Part shown: positions 19,717-30,268 of the stretch, piece by piece
Layout: each line of letters opens with the position of its first letter
Numbering within the stretch: position 1 is the stretch's first letter
Origin: an uncultured Candidatus Saccharibacteria bacterium
GTDB taxonomy: Bacteria; Patescibacteriota; Dojkabacteria; B142; OLB20
DNA length: 64,000 bases
Assembly (NCBI GenBank): GCA_964461915.1
Contig: CAYWVD010000001.1
Coordinates: 565,911-629,910, forward strand
Direction of reading: 5' to 3'
Program-made: the position numbers and the translations under genes
The notes under the pieces: generated by a model
Database searches by the model: none
Seen by the model: the letters and a program-made list of their open reading frames with translations, nothing else
What the model was told of the DNA's origin: nothing

Positions 19717-21336
19717 CTAAATACCAAACAAAGATTTTACTAACCCTATTAATCTACCGAAGAAATCCATTTGAAAGATATCCTTTAAGACTATTATGAT
19801 CGACAATGCTATTAATGCGTAAAAAGCTATAGCTGATATTTTTTCTTGAATTTTTTCAGATAATTTCTTACCTCGAATTTTTTCAATTATGATAAATAAT
19901 AAATGTCCACCATCAAATAGAGGAATTGGAAGAATATTCATAACCCCCAAACTTAAGCTGACCAAGGCTGCTAAATTTACAATATTTGCAAAATCATCCA
20001 TTTTGACGAGACTATAGACATAATCGCTAACACCTACAATACTACTTACGCTACTGGAAACAGGCTCTATACTCTTTTCAACTATAGATTGTTTAACTAG
20101 TTGATATAAACCGTAGAAGTTATAAATTGTCATATTAACTCCATGAGATACGCCACTTAATGCCGAAGTGTCCGAATAATCAAGTCGTAGAATTAAGTCA
20201 GGAAAGCTATCAATTTGAGAGTATTGGACACCCAATACTACTCTTCCTTCTTCGTTTGCTTTAAATTCAACGGATTTTGATTCTATTAAACCAATTTGAT
20301 TAACATATTTAAAATCAACTTTTTGATCTTTAAAAGAACTGATAATTGTTGAAATATTATCCCCAGATTTGAATGTAATATCGTTTACCCCGTAAAGAAA
20401 ATCTCCTGGTACAATTCCTAAATCAGAAGCTAATCCATCTTCACTAACGACAGTTACATAAGGTTTACCAACGATGTCCGAATCAAAATTGCTTTTTATT
20501 CCATCTCCATTTAAAATAACATTTGCATTTGTATAGTAGTAACCAGTTTCACTAAGCCTTTGTATTTCTAGGCTTATTGATTTGTTATAGTTGTCCTCAA
20601 CTAATTTTTTAAATTCATCTTCATCGTTAACTATTTTCCCGTTTGCTCTAATAACAATACTATCTGAATAATTCACATTGTCGGTACCCTCAAGGAACAT
20701 TAAATATGGAGGATTCGATACTTTTGATCCTACAAAGCTAGGATCGCCAATTTTTCTAACATCAGTATAAAACCCCGTAATAAAAAAGAAGATATAGAAT
20801 AACAAAATTGCAAGAATTAAGTTCATTATGACTCCTGCAGAAATGACTATAGCCCTTTTCCCTGCAGATATATTGTCATAATTTCCTTTATGATTTGGAA
20901 TATAATCAGAAATTAGGAAAGTTTGAAGTTTAATATAATCTTCGCTCTTAAGCTTCTTTGACATTTTTTGTCCGAATTCTTCTATCTTAGAAAAATCATC
21001 TTTTTTAATATCAATTTTATTATCCTTAAATAATTTTAATGAGAATTCCTTATCTTTAGGATCGTATGCCTTTGCATTGTATCGTAAGAAGCTACTACCA
21101 TCTAAGTCTCCTAACATTTTCACATAACCGCCAAGGGGTATTAAATTAATACGATATTCCGTTCCTTTGTATTTTTTACCAAAGAGTTTCTTCCCAAACC
21201 CAAATGCAAATTCCTGAACATAGATACCAGCCTTTTTAGCCGCAATAAAATGTCCAAGTTCATGTATAAATACTATTAAACCAATTAGAAAAATGAAAAT
21301 CACCCCAGAAAGAATTATATTTAATACTGTATCCAT
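19717..21336 (-). CDS. rseP: RIP site-2 zinc metalloprotease RseP
   Basis: HExxH in TM1 (FIHELGHFIAAKKAG), PDZ domains. C-terminal LDGG-type motif (PLFDGGHLLF). Confidence 0.85.
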   Translation of the reverse strand: MDTVLNIILSGVIFIFLIGLIVFIHELGHFIAAKKAGIYVQEFAFGFGKKLFGKKYKGTEYRINLIPLGGYVKMLGDLDGSSFLRYNAKAYDPKDKEFSLKLFKDNKIDIKKDDFSKIEEFGQKMSKKLKSEDYIKLQTFLISDYIPNHKGNYDNISAGKRAIVISAGVIMNLILAILLFYIFFFITGFYTDVRKIGDPSFVGSKVSNPPYLMFLEGTDNVNYSDSIVIRANGKIVNDEDEFKKLVEDNYNKSISLEIQRLSETGYYYTNANVILNGDGIKSNFDSDIVGKPYVTVVSEDGLASDLGIVPGDFLYGVNDITFKSGDNISTIISSFKDQKVDFKYVNQIGLIESKSVEFKANEEGRVVLGVQYSQIDSFPDLILRLDYSDTSALSGVSHGVNMTIYNFYGLYQLVKQSIVEKSIEPVSSSVSSIVGVSDYVYSLVKMDDFANIVNLAALVSLSLGVMNILPIPLFDGGHLLFIIIEKIRGKKLSEKIQEKISAIAFYALIALSIIIVLKDIFQMDFFGRLIGLVKSLFGI

Positions 21337-21401
21337 AAATATAAAGGAAAAAAATACTATTTTACTCTAGCATAAATTTGGAGGTATTGATAACAAAGTA
21401 A

Positions 21402-21956
21402 CTAGACTTGCATCAATTCTTTTTCTTTATCCTTTGAAATTGTTTCAACTTGAGAATTTACATTGTCAACCTTCTTTTGAACTTCTTTTTCTAACCTATT
21501 CATTTCGTCTTCTCCATATAATCCATTTTTTTTGTCATCCTCAATTGTATCCATTAAATCTTTTCTGATTTGTCTTATCGATACTTTTGCTTCTTCAGTT
21601 TTTTCATGAAGTAGTTTAACATATTCCATCCTTCTTTCTTCTGTTAGAGGTGGGATTGGAAGCTTTACTCCATCCCCATCCTGATGTGGGTTTATACCTA
21701 AATTGCTAGTTTGTACAGCTTTTACGATTGATTGAATATTATTTTTATCCCAAGGAGTAACTACAACCAAAGTAGGATCAACCATGCTAATGTTTGCTAT
21801 TTGATTGATTGGCATCGATTGTCCATAAACTTCGACTTTGATCGATTCAATCATCTGCAAAGTTCCTCTTCCAACCCTTAAAGCACCTAAGTTATTCTTG
21901 AAAAACTCAATAGATTCAGAGAATTTAGAATCTGCCTCACCGATTTGGATCCTCAT
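21402..21956 (-). CDS. frr: Ribosome recycling factor
   Basis: RRF core (VEVYGQSMPINQIANISMVDPTLVVVTPWDKNNIQSIVKAV...). The true start is the M of MRIQIGE at 21954-21956. The longer ORF to 22037 overlaps tsf and is rejected. Confidence 0.9.
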   Translation of the reverse strand: MRIQIGEADSKFSESIEFFKNNLGALRVGRGTLQMIESIKVEVYGQSMPINQIANISMVDPTLVVVTPWDKNNIQSIVKAVQTSNLGINPHQDGDGVKLPIPPLTEERRMEYVKLLHEKTEEAKVSIRQIRKDLMDTIEDDKKNGLYGEDEMNRLEKEVQKKVDNVNSQVETISKDKEKELMQV

Positions 21957-21975
21957 TGGAATTGTAATTAATAAA

Positions 21976-22587
21976 TTAAATATTACAGCTAGAAGCTGGC
22001 CCTGATAATTTAAAACGACAGAATCTGCCAATTTCAATTTTCTCGCCTAATACAGCTACGTAATCATTTATTAAGTCTTTAATCTTCTTTGATTCATCTT
22101 TAAAGAAAGGCTGTTCTAATAAAACGAAATCTTCATAGAATTTTTGCAATTTCCCTTGAATAATCATTTGCTGAACTTGAGCTGGTTTTTTAGGATCAAT
22201 ATCTTTTGAGGCTAAGTCCATCTCTCTTTTTAATATATCTGCTGGAATATTATCAATTGAAATATATTCTGGATTACTCGAGGCAACTTGAAGAGAAATT
22301 TCGTGAGCTAATTCAGCAAATTTTTCACCTTTTGCAGCAAAATCTGTTTCTGAATGAAGTTCCAATAAAACTCCTAAAGAACCATTTCCATGAATATAAG
22401 ATGTAACTAATCCATTTGAAGCACTTTTATCTGCTCTTTTTTCGGCTTTAGCTAAACCCTTTTCTCTAAGATAAATCAATGATTTATCCATATCTCCTTC
22501 ATACTTTGATAAAGCCTCTTTAACTACAGATACTCCTGCACCAGTTTTGGTTCGAAGCTCTTTAATCATTTCTAATGTAATTTTCAT
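21976..22587 (-). CDS. tsf: Elongation factor Ts
   Basis: UBA-like N-terminus (ITLEMIKELRTKTGAGVSVVKEAL) and EF-Ts dimerisation core. Confidence 0.9.
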   Translation of the reverse strand: MKITLEMIKELRTKTGAGVSVVKEALSKYEGDMDKSLIYLREKGLAKAEKRADKSASNGLVTSYIHGNGSLGVLLELHSETDFAAKGEKFAELAHEISLQVASSNPEYISIDNIPADILKREMDLASKDIDPKKPAQVQQMIIQGKLQKFYEDFVLLEQPFFKDESKKIKDLINDYVAVLGEKIEIGRFCRFKLSGPASSCNI

Positions 22588-22615
22588 TTTATTAAAAATT
22601 TAACAACTAAATTAT

Positions 22616-23668
22616 TTATTTTTTTGCTTTTGCAGAAACCTTTCCTTTTACTGCTTTAGCTGTTTTGTTAAGCTTACTTACTTTTGTAGTCTTTACGACT
22701 TTTGTTGAATTTTGAGCCTTTTTGGCAGTTTTAATTTCTTCTTTCTTGGCTTCTTCTTTAACTAATTCTAAAATTCCTTTTTGTACACCTTTTTTAGCCT
22801 TAGATTGTGGCTTAACATAGGTTTTAGGTTCATCACTAGTGGTTTCTACAGCCTTAATCTTTTGGATCTCGTTAATTGATGGAGTATTTTGTTTAATTAT
22901 TTGTACTTCATAATTTGAGAAATCTTTAAAGACATGTTTTACACCGTGACCACCATTTCCCATTTTAATTGCCTCAGAAAGAATTCCGAGTATTAAATTT
23001 AGAGATTTTGAAGCATCATCATTTGATGGAATAACAAAATCAACTAGATCTGGATCAGAATTTGTGTCGACCATAGAAATAATTGGAATTCCAGCAGCTC
23101 GAGCTTCTAATACTGCACCTTTTTCATAATGACAGTCTACAACAATAACTGCACTAGGGAATCTATCCATAGTCTTAACACCACGATAAATTCTATTCAT
23201 TCTTTCCCACTCCTTTTTCAATTGATTGACTTCGAACTTTGTTCTATTCACTACTCCTTTTTCGAACTCTTCTTCGATTTGCATATATCTATTTAATGAT
23301 TTTTTGATCATTTTGAAGTTGGTCAATAAACCGCCCAACCATCTATATGTTACGAAGTATGAACCCGACTCTATAGAATACTTTTCAACTATGTCTCTAG
23401 CCTGTCTTTTAGTTGCAATAAAAAGGACTGGTCCTCTTTTTGCGGCACCTGTTAAAAATTTACAAGCATCTTCCAACATTGGTAATGTTTTTTGAAGATC
23501 TAGAATGTGAATTTTATTTTTGGAACCATAAATATATTGCTTCATCTTAGGATTCCACCTGACGGTCTCATGTCCAAACTGGACACCAGCCTTAAGAAAT
23601 TCTTTAATTTCAGGGATTTTTACTGTTGAAATGCCGTCAACAACGGTTTTTGAAGATTTGTCTTCCAT
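22616..23668 (-). CDS. rpsB: 30S ribosomal protein S2 with about 100-aa Lys-rich C-terminal extension
   Basis: GVQFGHETVRWNPKMKQYIYGSKNKIHILDLQKT. GGAGG Shine-Dalgarno upstream. Forms the rpsB-tsf-frr operon with no pyrH. Confidence 0.9.
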   Translation of the reverse strand: MEDKSSKTVVDGISTVKIPEIKEFLKAGVQFGHETVRWNPKMKQYIYGSKNKIHILDLQKTLPMLEDACKFLTGAAKRGPVLFIATKRQARDIVEKYSIESGSYFVTYRWLGGLLTNFKMIKKSLNRYMQIEEEFEKGVVNRTKFEVNQLKKEWERMNRIYRGVKTMDRFPSAVIVVDCHYEKGAVLEARAAGIPIISMVDTNSDPDLVDFVIPSNDDASKSLNLILGILSEAIKMGNGGHGVKHVFKDFSNYEVQIIKQNTPSINEIQKIKAVETTSDEPKTYVKPQSKAKKGVQKGILELVKEEAKKEEIKTAKKAQNSTKVVKTTKVSKLNKTAKAVKGKVSAKAKK

Positions 23669-23982
23669 TTTTTATTCCTCCTTTGTACCTCCACCCAGTA
23701 GCTCATTGTTAATTCGAGCAAGGATTAAATTAAAATTGGGTGTGTGTAATATTTAAAAATTATAACATAATATATAAAAAAATATCAAAGGGATCCAAAA
23801 CCTACATATCGGATCATTTATGCATCAATGAGTACATTTAAAGGCCCCTCGTTGCACAAACTATTTGAACAAACCCGCTATATACCGCGCCCCATAAATA
23901 ATATTGAGATAATTAAAGTTTGAGAACTTGCTGCTGAGAGATAAAAGCTTGTGAATAAATCGCCCGGCTTTTGAAGAAATTA

Positions 23983-26223
23983 TTAAAATAAACCCATTTC
24001 TTTCATCTTAATTCTGACCTCTTTCATGTCTATTTTCTTAATTTTTTTAATCTTTGGATAATCTGGATGGGCCCAGAACATACCAAAACGCCCTTTCCTC
24101 AGAACATATTTTACTTTGCCGTCCTTAGGTGTAGAACCAAATAATTGCTTATTGATTTCGGGCAAATACTCTAGAGGCCTAGCATCTTTAACTTTTGGAT
24201 AGTCTGGATGTGCCCAAAAATATCCAAATCTACTTTTCTTAAAATTATATTTCCTTCCATCTTCAGTTCTTGGACCAGCAACATATTTTGATTTGAAATC
24301 ATCACTTTCTACATCAATACTTATTTCTTCTTTTTTATTTAACGACATAATCCCCTTACATTTTGGAAAGTTTTTACAAGATAAAAATGGACTAAATCTA
24401 CCGAGCTTGATAACCATTTTACCTTTACAAATCGGACATCTTTCATCTGAAGAACCAACTATATTATACTTATCTTTTTCAATAACCTTTTCCCCCCTTA
24501 AGATTTCCTTTTCAAACCCCTTATAGAATTCGGACAACGTCTTAACCCAAGACCTTTCACCATTGGCTATTTCATCAAGATCATCCTCCATTTCGGCGGT
24601 AAACTCAACATTAATAATGTCCGAAAAATGATCTTTTAATAATCTAACCAAACTAATTCCAACTAAAGTTGGAACAAGAAACTTACCATCCTTTTCAATG
24701 TATTTTCTACTGGAAATATTTGTAATAATTGGAGCATATGTAGAAGGTCTGCCGATTCCAAATTGTTCAAGCGCCTTGATTAAAGTAGCTTCAGTATATC
24801 TTGCGGGAGGCTCAGTAAACTTTTGCTCTGCTTGCATACCCAGAACAAATAATTCCTGTCCCTTTTTGAAATCTGGCAACTCAATATCTTTTAGTTTATC
24901 TGCTTTGAGAATGTAATGGCCGGCAAAAAGAGTTTTTTGTCCATCTATCCCAAAGATATAATCTGAAACTTTTACAAGAATTTTATTTGATTCGACTTTT
25001 GCATCAGCCATTTGACTAGCTAAAGCCCTTTTCCAAATTAAGTCGTATAATTTCTTTTGATCAAGAGTAAGCTTTAAATCAGCACCTTTTTTCTCGATGT
25101 GTGTAGGTCTTATGGCCTCGTGAGCCTCTTGAGCAACTTTAGACTTTGTTTTATAAATACGAGGCTTATCTGGTAAATAATTTTCCCCAAAATTTTGTAC
25201 TACATAACTTCTCATAGCCTCTCTAGCATCTTGAGAAATATTAAACGAGTCCGTCCTCATGTAAGTGATATTCCCCTGCTCATACAATTGCTGGGCAATT
25301 TTCATTGTTCGACTCGCAGAATAGCCTAGTACACTTCCGGCGGATTGTTGTAAAGTTGAGGTGTTAAAGGGAGGATAGGGCTGTCTATTTATTACTTTAG
25401 AGGTTATATCTTCTATTACCCATTTACCAACTCTTGAATTTTCAATTATGGATAAAGCCTCTTTTTCATTTTTTACATTTGCCTTTACCCCACCTACCTT
25501 AAGCAGTGTAAATTTAAAGCAATTCTTCTCTTCTACATCAATACATGGAATATCTTCCTTTATATCAGCTTTATTAATTTTAATATGTACAGGTTCATCA
25601 AATTTTTGCCCGGATAAATATGAAAAAATATTCCAAAATTCATCGGATTTAAAGGCATTTCGCTCATCTTCTTTTTCCACAACCAATTTTAAAGCGACAG
25701 ATTGCACCCTTCCAGCAGATAAGCCGAACATTAATTTCTTCCATAACAATGGAGACAATTTATAACCTACCAACCTATCTAATATGCGACGAGTTTGTTG
25801 TGCATTCACCAAATTAATATCAATATCCCTAGGTGAATTTATTGCCTTGGTTACTGCGTCCTTAGTTATTTCCGTAAAAACTATACGATTAACTTCTTTT
25901 TTATTCTTTTTATTCTTATTTCCTAAATTATCAATTACTTTTAATTCACGAGCAATATGCCATGCTATTGCCTCTCCCTCTCTATCAGGGTCAACCGCTA
26001 AGACTAAAGAATCTGCTTGTTTAAATTCTTTTTTAATTTGACTCAGTACTGCCGCATTTTTCACTTCATACTGTGGAGTGAAATTATTTTCAATATCTAT
26101 AGACATAGACGATTTGGGTAGATCTACAATATGCCCCTTAGAGGCCATTACTTTATAACCCTTCCCTAAGTACTTCTCAATTGTTTTTGCCTTTGAAGGC
26201 GATTCGACGATTACTAATTTCAT
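23983..26223 (-). CDS. topA: DNA topoisomerase I
   Basis: Toprim (MKLVIVESPSKAKTIEKYLG), catalytic Tyr region, C4 zinc ribbon. Two copies of a C-terminal RFG.FWAHPDYPK repeat module. Confidence 0.9.
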   Translation of the reverse strand: MKLVIVESPSKAKTIEKYLGKGYKVMASKGHIVDLPKSSMSIDIENNFTPQYEVKNAAVLSQIKKEFKQADSLVLAVDPDREGEAIAWHIARELKVIDNLGNKNKKNKKEVNRIVFTEITKDAVTKAINSPRDIDINLVNAQQTRRILDRLVGYKLSPLLWKKLMFGLSAGRVQSVALKLVVEKEDERNAFKSDEFWNIFSYLSGQKFDEPVHIKINKADIKEDIPCIDVEEKNCFKFTLLKVGGVKANVKNEKEALSIIENSRVGKWVIEDITSKVINRQPYPPFNTSTLQQSAGSVLGYSASRTMKIAQQLYEQGNITYMRTDSFNISQDAREAMRSYVVQNFGENYLPDKPRIYKTKSKVAQEAHEAIRPTHIEKKGADLKLTLDQKKLYDLIWKRALASQMADAKVESNKILVKVSDYIFGIDGQKTLFAGHYILKADKLKDIELPDFKKGQELFVLGMQAEQKFTEPPARYTEATLIKALEQFGIGRPSTYAPIITNISSRKYIEKDGKFLVPTLVGISLVRLLKDHFSDIINVEFTAEMEDDLDEIANGERSWVKTLSEFYKGFEKEILRGEKVIEKDKYNIVGSSDERCPICKGKMVIKLGRFSPFLSCKNFPKCKGIMSLNKKEEISIDVESDDFKSKYVAGPRTEDGRKYNFKKSRFGYFWAHPDYPKVKDARPLEYLPEINKQLFGSTPKDGKVKYVLRKGRFGMFWAHPDYPKIKKIKKIDMKEVRIKMKEMGLF

Positions 26224-26244
26224 AATTAATAAAATACTTGATAA

Positions 26245-27108
26245 CTAAGTAATTTGCAAACTTATTTGCCCTGATTCACTGCGCTTTATAATATTATTAA
26301 GCTCCAATTCAGTCAACAACATGTTTATTTTTGTTTTTTTGAATTCTTTAGAAGATTCACTTAAATTTGTTTCGGAATTTATTCCCGAAGCAATCTTTTT
26401 TAGTATCAATAAGGCATCATCTGAAACATTATAAGACCTTACACATTCTTTCTTACTTATACCCAGAGCTTTACAAATTTGGTCAAAATCAGATAATAGC
26501 TCAGCCTTATTGTGAATAATCAAGTTATTAGCCCCCACACTAAATTCTCTATTCAAATCACCCGGAATTGCAAAGACAGTCCTACCATAATCGAATGCTA
26601 AATCAGCAGTTATTATTGATCCACTCCTTCTTCCGGCCTCAACCACTATGCAGACTGGTGTTAGACCAGCAATTATTCTGTTTCTTCTTGGAAAAAAATA
26701 TTTATTATAAGAATCAACCTCACCATCCTCCGAAACAATACATCCACCGCTAGAAATAATCATGTTGTACAAATTTCTATTTCTACTCGGAGTTATATTT
26801 TCAATTCCTAAAGGTAAAACAGCCAAGGTTTTCACGCCCTTTTCTAAACACTTATAGTGTGTAACAGAATCAACCCCAATTGCTAAACCACTCACAACTG
26901 AAATTCCATTATTAGCGCAATTTTCAATTAACCATTCAATACATTGCCTTCCGTAATCACTAATTTTACGAGTTCCCACAATACTAATCGACCTTTTGAA
27001 ATTAAAGTTATCAATATTGCCTTTGTAATAAAGTCCTTTAGGACAATCATTGATGTTTTTCAATAGACAGGGGAATTTAGGGTCGTTAGACCTAATGTAA
27101 TTCGACAT
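26245..27108 (-). CDS. dprA: DNA processing protein DprA (Smf)
   Basis: Rossmann-like DprA core (ISIVGTRKISDYGRQ...VVSGLAIGVDSVTH...AVLPLGIE). Confidence 0.85.
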   Translation of the reverse strand: MSNYIRSNDPKFPCLLKNINDCPKGLYYKGNIDNFNFKRSISIVGTRKISDYGRQCIEWLIENCANNGISVVSGLAIGVDSVTHYKCLEKGVKTLAVLPLGIENITPSRNRNLYNMIISSGGCIVSEDGEVDSYNKYFFPRRNRIIAGLTPVCIVVEAGRRSGSIITADLAFDYGRTVFAIPGDLNREFSVGANNLIIHNKAELLSDFDQICKALGISKKECVRSYNVSDDALLILKKIASGINSETNLSESSKEFKKTKINMLLTELELNNIIKRSESGQISLQIT

Positions 27109-27124
27109 ATTTAAAAAGAATAAA

Positions 27125-28999
27125 TTAGATATTTGAGCAGTTACTTGAGAAGTTATTGTACAAACAATTTATAAATTTTTTCATAATTGGGACAGTTTTG
27201 TAACCTCTACCACCCCATTGTTGCATTACAGTAAAACAATAATTTTCATTTTCATAATCAAAACAACCCATAATCCAAGAATGGGCACCATCATAGTATG
27301 TCCCATTAATCCATTCTCCGGCATCAGAAGATCCAGTTTTTGCACCAGGATTTCCAGGCAAACCCTTCAACCCCCCAGCAGTACCAGCTTGTACACCAAG
27401 TTGAAGCCCCTCCTTTAAAATTCTGATCGTTTCATCACTTACATGCAAACTTCTTACTTGCTCAGGAGTTCTTTCAAACACCAAACTTCCAGTTTGATCG
27501 ACCACTTTTGAAAGTATATGCGGTTTGATTAATTCCCCATTATTCATAACAGTTGACACCAACATAGCCATCTGTAATGGAGTCACTGTTACATAACCCT
27601 GTCCAATCACAGTATTGCATTCATCTCCAATGTACCAAGGCTGTTTGACAGTAGCCATTTTATAATCAGCATTAGGTATAGTTCCAGCAACTTCACCCCA
27701 CAAGTCTATTCCGGTCTTGTTACCTAATCCGTAGTTTTTTGCAATATCGTAATAATATTCATATCCAATATTCTTCGCCCTCATATCCTGCATTACCAAA
27801 CAAAAGAAAATATTACTCGATCTGGCCATCGCCTCTTCTACATTTACCCATCCAATATAGCCCCTATCAGCTTCACAAAACTTAATATTTCCTGGCAAAT
27901 CAATACATCGATCGGATAATTTTTTTTCAGACTCAGAAATTACACCCGATTCCAATCCAGCAGTAGCCGCCACTATCTTCATAATTGATCCTGGAGGTAA
28001 TTGAAGAGAAATAGGCCTATTAAAAAGCGGTTTTTTAGGATCATTAATTAAACTTTGATAATCCCCATAACTAATCCCATTTGCGAATAGATTATTATCA
28101 TATCCAGGATTCGTTACCATTGCCTTCACCTCTCCAGTTCTACTATTAACAATTACTCCAGCCCCTCCAAAAGCCTTAACATTTGAGACACTTTTATTTA
28201 ATATCTCAGACAAAGATTTTTGCCATCTACTATCAATTGTAAGATATACATTATTGCCAGGTATTGATTGATAGGCATCATAGTCAATAAATTCACCCGA
28301 TACGACTTCTTTTTCAACAACCGATAACCCCTCTTTACCTCTTAGATAATTATCATAGTACCCCTCTATACCAGTTTTTCCTATTTGAGATTCAGAATAT
28401 ATACCAGATTCAATATCTTTTTGGGTAGGATCACCTAGATAGCCTATTACATTTGAAAAAGCAATCGGATCAGAATAGGTTCTTTTAGGTTCGACGATCA
28501 AATGAATCCCTTTAAGTTCTTCAATTCTACTTAAGAGTAAATAATATTGATCATAATTAATATCAGATTTTAAAGTAATTCTATCTGAGGCAATTCGATT
28601 CCCAGATTCATCATATATTTTGGACTTAGAATCAGTGATGAAAATTACATTATCGATATCTAGGATCTTTGCAATTAAAGTTAATACTTGATCTTCTTCT
28701 TCTTTTGATAATTCTTTGGAATTTAATGTCAGAGAATAACCGGGTGAATTGTATGCAAGTTTCATTCCATCAGAACTTAAAATTAGACCTCTAGGTGCTA
28801 AAGTCTTTACCTGATATTGATTTGTCCTTTTTGCGATTTGAAAACTTTGCTGCCCTTTAACAATCTGAAGTTCGAAAGCCCCGAACAGTAAATAAAGGAA
28901 AACTGCTACCAGCAATAAATAGATTAAGATAGTCCTCCATTGGAAATCATCGGTATCAATTTCGAATTTGATTTCAGTATTAGTATTCTTAAAATTCAT
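27125..28999 (-). CDS. mrdA: Penicillin-binding protein 2 (elongasome transpeptidase)
   Basis: N-terminal TM and transpeptidase motifs SxxK (PGSIMK), SSN and KTG (GAKTGSS). Sits in an mreBCD-mrdA cluster. Confidence 0.85.
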   Translation of the reverse strand: MNFKNTNTEIKFEIDTDDFQWRTILIYLLLVAVFLYLLFGAFELQIVKGQQSFQIAKRTNQYQVKTLAPRGLILSSDGMKLAYNSPGYSLTLNSKELSKEEEDQVLTLIAKILDIDNVIFITDSKSKIYDESGNRIASDRITLKSDINYDQYYLLLSRIEELKGIHLIVEPKRTYSDPIAFSNVIGYLGDPTQKDIESGIYSESQIGKTGIEGYYDNYLRGKEGLSVVEKEVVSGEFIDYDAYQSIPGNNVYLTIDSRWQKSLSEILNKSVSNVKAFGGAGVIVNSRTGEVKAMVTNPGYDNNLFANGISYGDYQSLINDPKKPLFNRPISLQLPPGSIMKIVAATAGLESGVISESEKKLSDRCIDLPGNIKFCEADRGYIGWVNVEEAMARSSNIFFCLVMQDMRAKNIGYEYYYDIAKNYGLGNKTGIDLWGEVAGTIPNADYKMATVKQPWYIGDECNTVIGQGYVTVTPLQMAMLVSTVMNNGELIKPHILSKVVDQTGSLVFERTPEQVRSLHVSDETIRILKEGLQLGVQAGTAGGLKGLPGNPGAKTGSSDAGEWINGTYYDGAHSWIMGCFDYENENYCFTVMQQWGGRGYKTVPIMKKFINCLYNNFSSNCSNI

Positions 29000-29001
29000 T
29001 A

Positions 29002-29475
29002 TTAAATGATGTACCTGTTGGGAATTATTTTATTAAAAATATTATATATTATTATGTATAAGATGAAATTTCCCAATATTGCCCCGAAATCGATATAACC
29101 CAATCCTGATCTATATATACCAGTAAATACTTGAATTAAAATTAGTACCAAAAGCAATATTAAAGAGATTTTAAAGTTAATATTTCTCTTTAGCAGCTTG
29201 ATTATTCCACTTAAAAGATTAATAAGAAGATAAATTGAAGAAAATAATAAAGCCCTTAATCCTAAAAAATTGAAATTAATAATTTCAAGGATCAAAGTAA
29301 AAAAAATAAAAAGAGCAAAAATAAAATTACTTCTCTCTCGTTTTTCTTGATAAACCAAACAAATAATAATTAAAGGCTCCAAATTATAAAAAAAATCTAT
29401 TCCAGAACTTTTAAGTATTACCTCTAAAAAGAATGTTAAAATTATAAAAAATATAATTCTATTATTTTTATTCAT
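29002..29475 (-). CDS. mreD: Rod shape-determining protein MreD (polytopic membrane protein)
   Basis: 157-aa hydrophobic multi-TM protein. Called by position between mreC and mrdA. Confidence 0.5.
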   Translation of the reverse strand: MNKNNRIIFFIILTFFLEVILKSSGIDFFYNLEPLIIICLVYQEKRERSNFIFALFIFFTLILEIINFNFLGLRALLFSSIYLLINLLSGIIKLLKRNINFKISLILLLVLILIQVFTGIYRSGLGYIDFGAILGNFILYIIIYNIFNKIIPNRYII

Positions 29476-29477
29476 TA

Positions 29478-30263
29478 TTAATTCTGAATTACAAAAACTT
29501 CGGTTAATTGATTTAAGGAAATTGCCGATTCTATTTGTACACGCTGGCTAATGTCAGTTTGATCGGAGAATGCTACTAAAGACTTTCCGACTAATAATCC
29601 ATACGGAGTTTGCGAATCCGCTCCCGAAGTTACAACATTACTTCCCTCAGAAAGGCTTATTGAATTGGGGATATCTACAACGCTTATCACTCGACTATCC
29701 GTACCCACAATAAAACCCCTAGCCCCGGTATCTGGGAATATAACTGGCACCCTGATATTTGGCGAGAACGGTAACTCAACTAATGCGGTTGAAGGATACG
29801 TTTTTGATACCCTACCAACAAAACAACCATCCTTAGTGACCGCAGAACCGATCTTCACATTATCATTATCCCCTTTATTAATCAGTATAATATTGCCAGT
29901 TTCCATATAAGTTAAGACTCTGGCAGGTATTGTTTTATATTCTTTATCAAAGCTGGATTGATCTAATATTTTCCGCAAAGATTCAAGTTCAAGCTTCAAG
30001 CGATCGTTTTCAACCTTATAAAATTCACTTTCATTTTTATAAGTCTCCAGACTATCTTTATTTCCCGCTAAATTTGCGAGAAACGAAAAATCATCTTTAA
30101 TACTTGAGAATATACTAAAGTTAGCAGACTGAATAGTTTCGAAAGACTCCGAAATAAAAGCATTTATTGAATTTAGAAGCCCTATTCTGCCAAAAAGAAT
30201 GATGACTACAGCAACTATAGTACCTAGAATTAAATCGGAATTTTTTAACCCCTTTTCATTCAT
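29478..30263 (-). CDS. mreC: Rod shape-determining protein MreC
   Basis: N-terminal TM, coiled coil (ENDRLKLELESLRKIL), beta-rich C-terminal domain. Adjacent to mreB. Confidence 0.7.
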   Translation of the reverse strand: MNEKGLKNSDLILGTIVAVVIILFGRIGLLNSINAFISESFETIQSANFSIFSSIKDDFSFLANLAGNKDSLETYKNESEFYKVENDRLKLELESLRKILDQSSFDKEYKTIPARVLTYMETGNIILINKGDNDNVKIGSAVTKDGCFVGRVSKTYPSTALVELPFSPNIRVPVIFPDTGARGFIVGTDSRVISVVDIPNSISLSEGSNVVTSGADSQTPYGLLVGKSLVAFSDQTDISQRVQIESAISLNQLTEVFVIQN

Positions 30264-30268
30264 ATAAT

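Noticed and set aside
21957-22037. N-terminal extension of the frr ORF (MKLADSVVLNYQGQ...)
   Set aside because: It overlaps the 3' end of tsf. RRF homology begins at the internal Met at 21956, so the extension is not translated.
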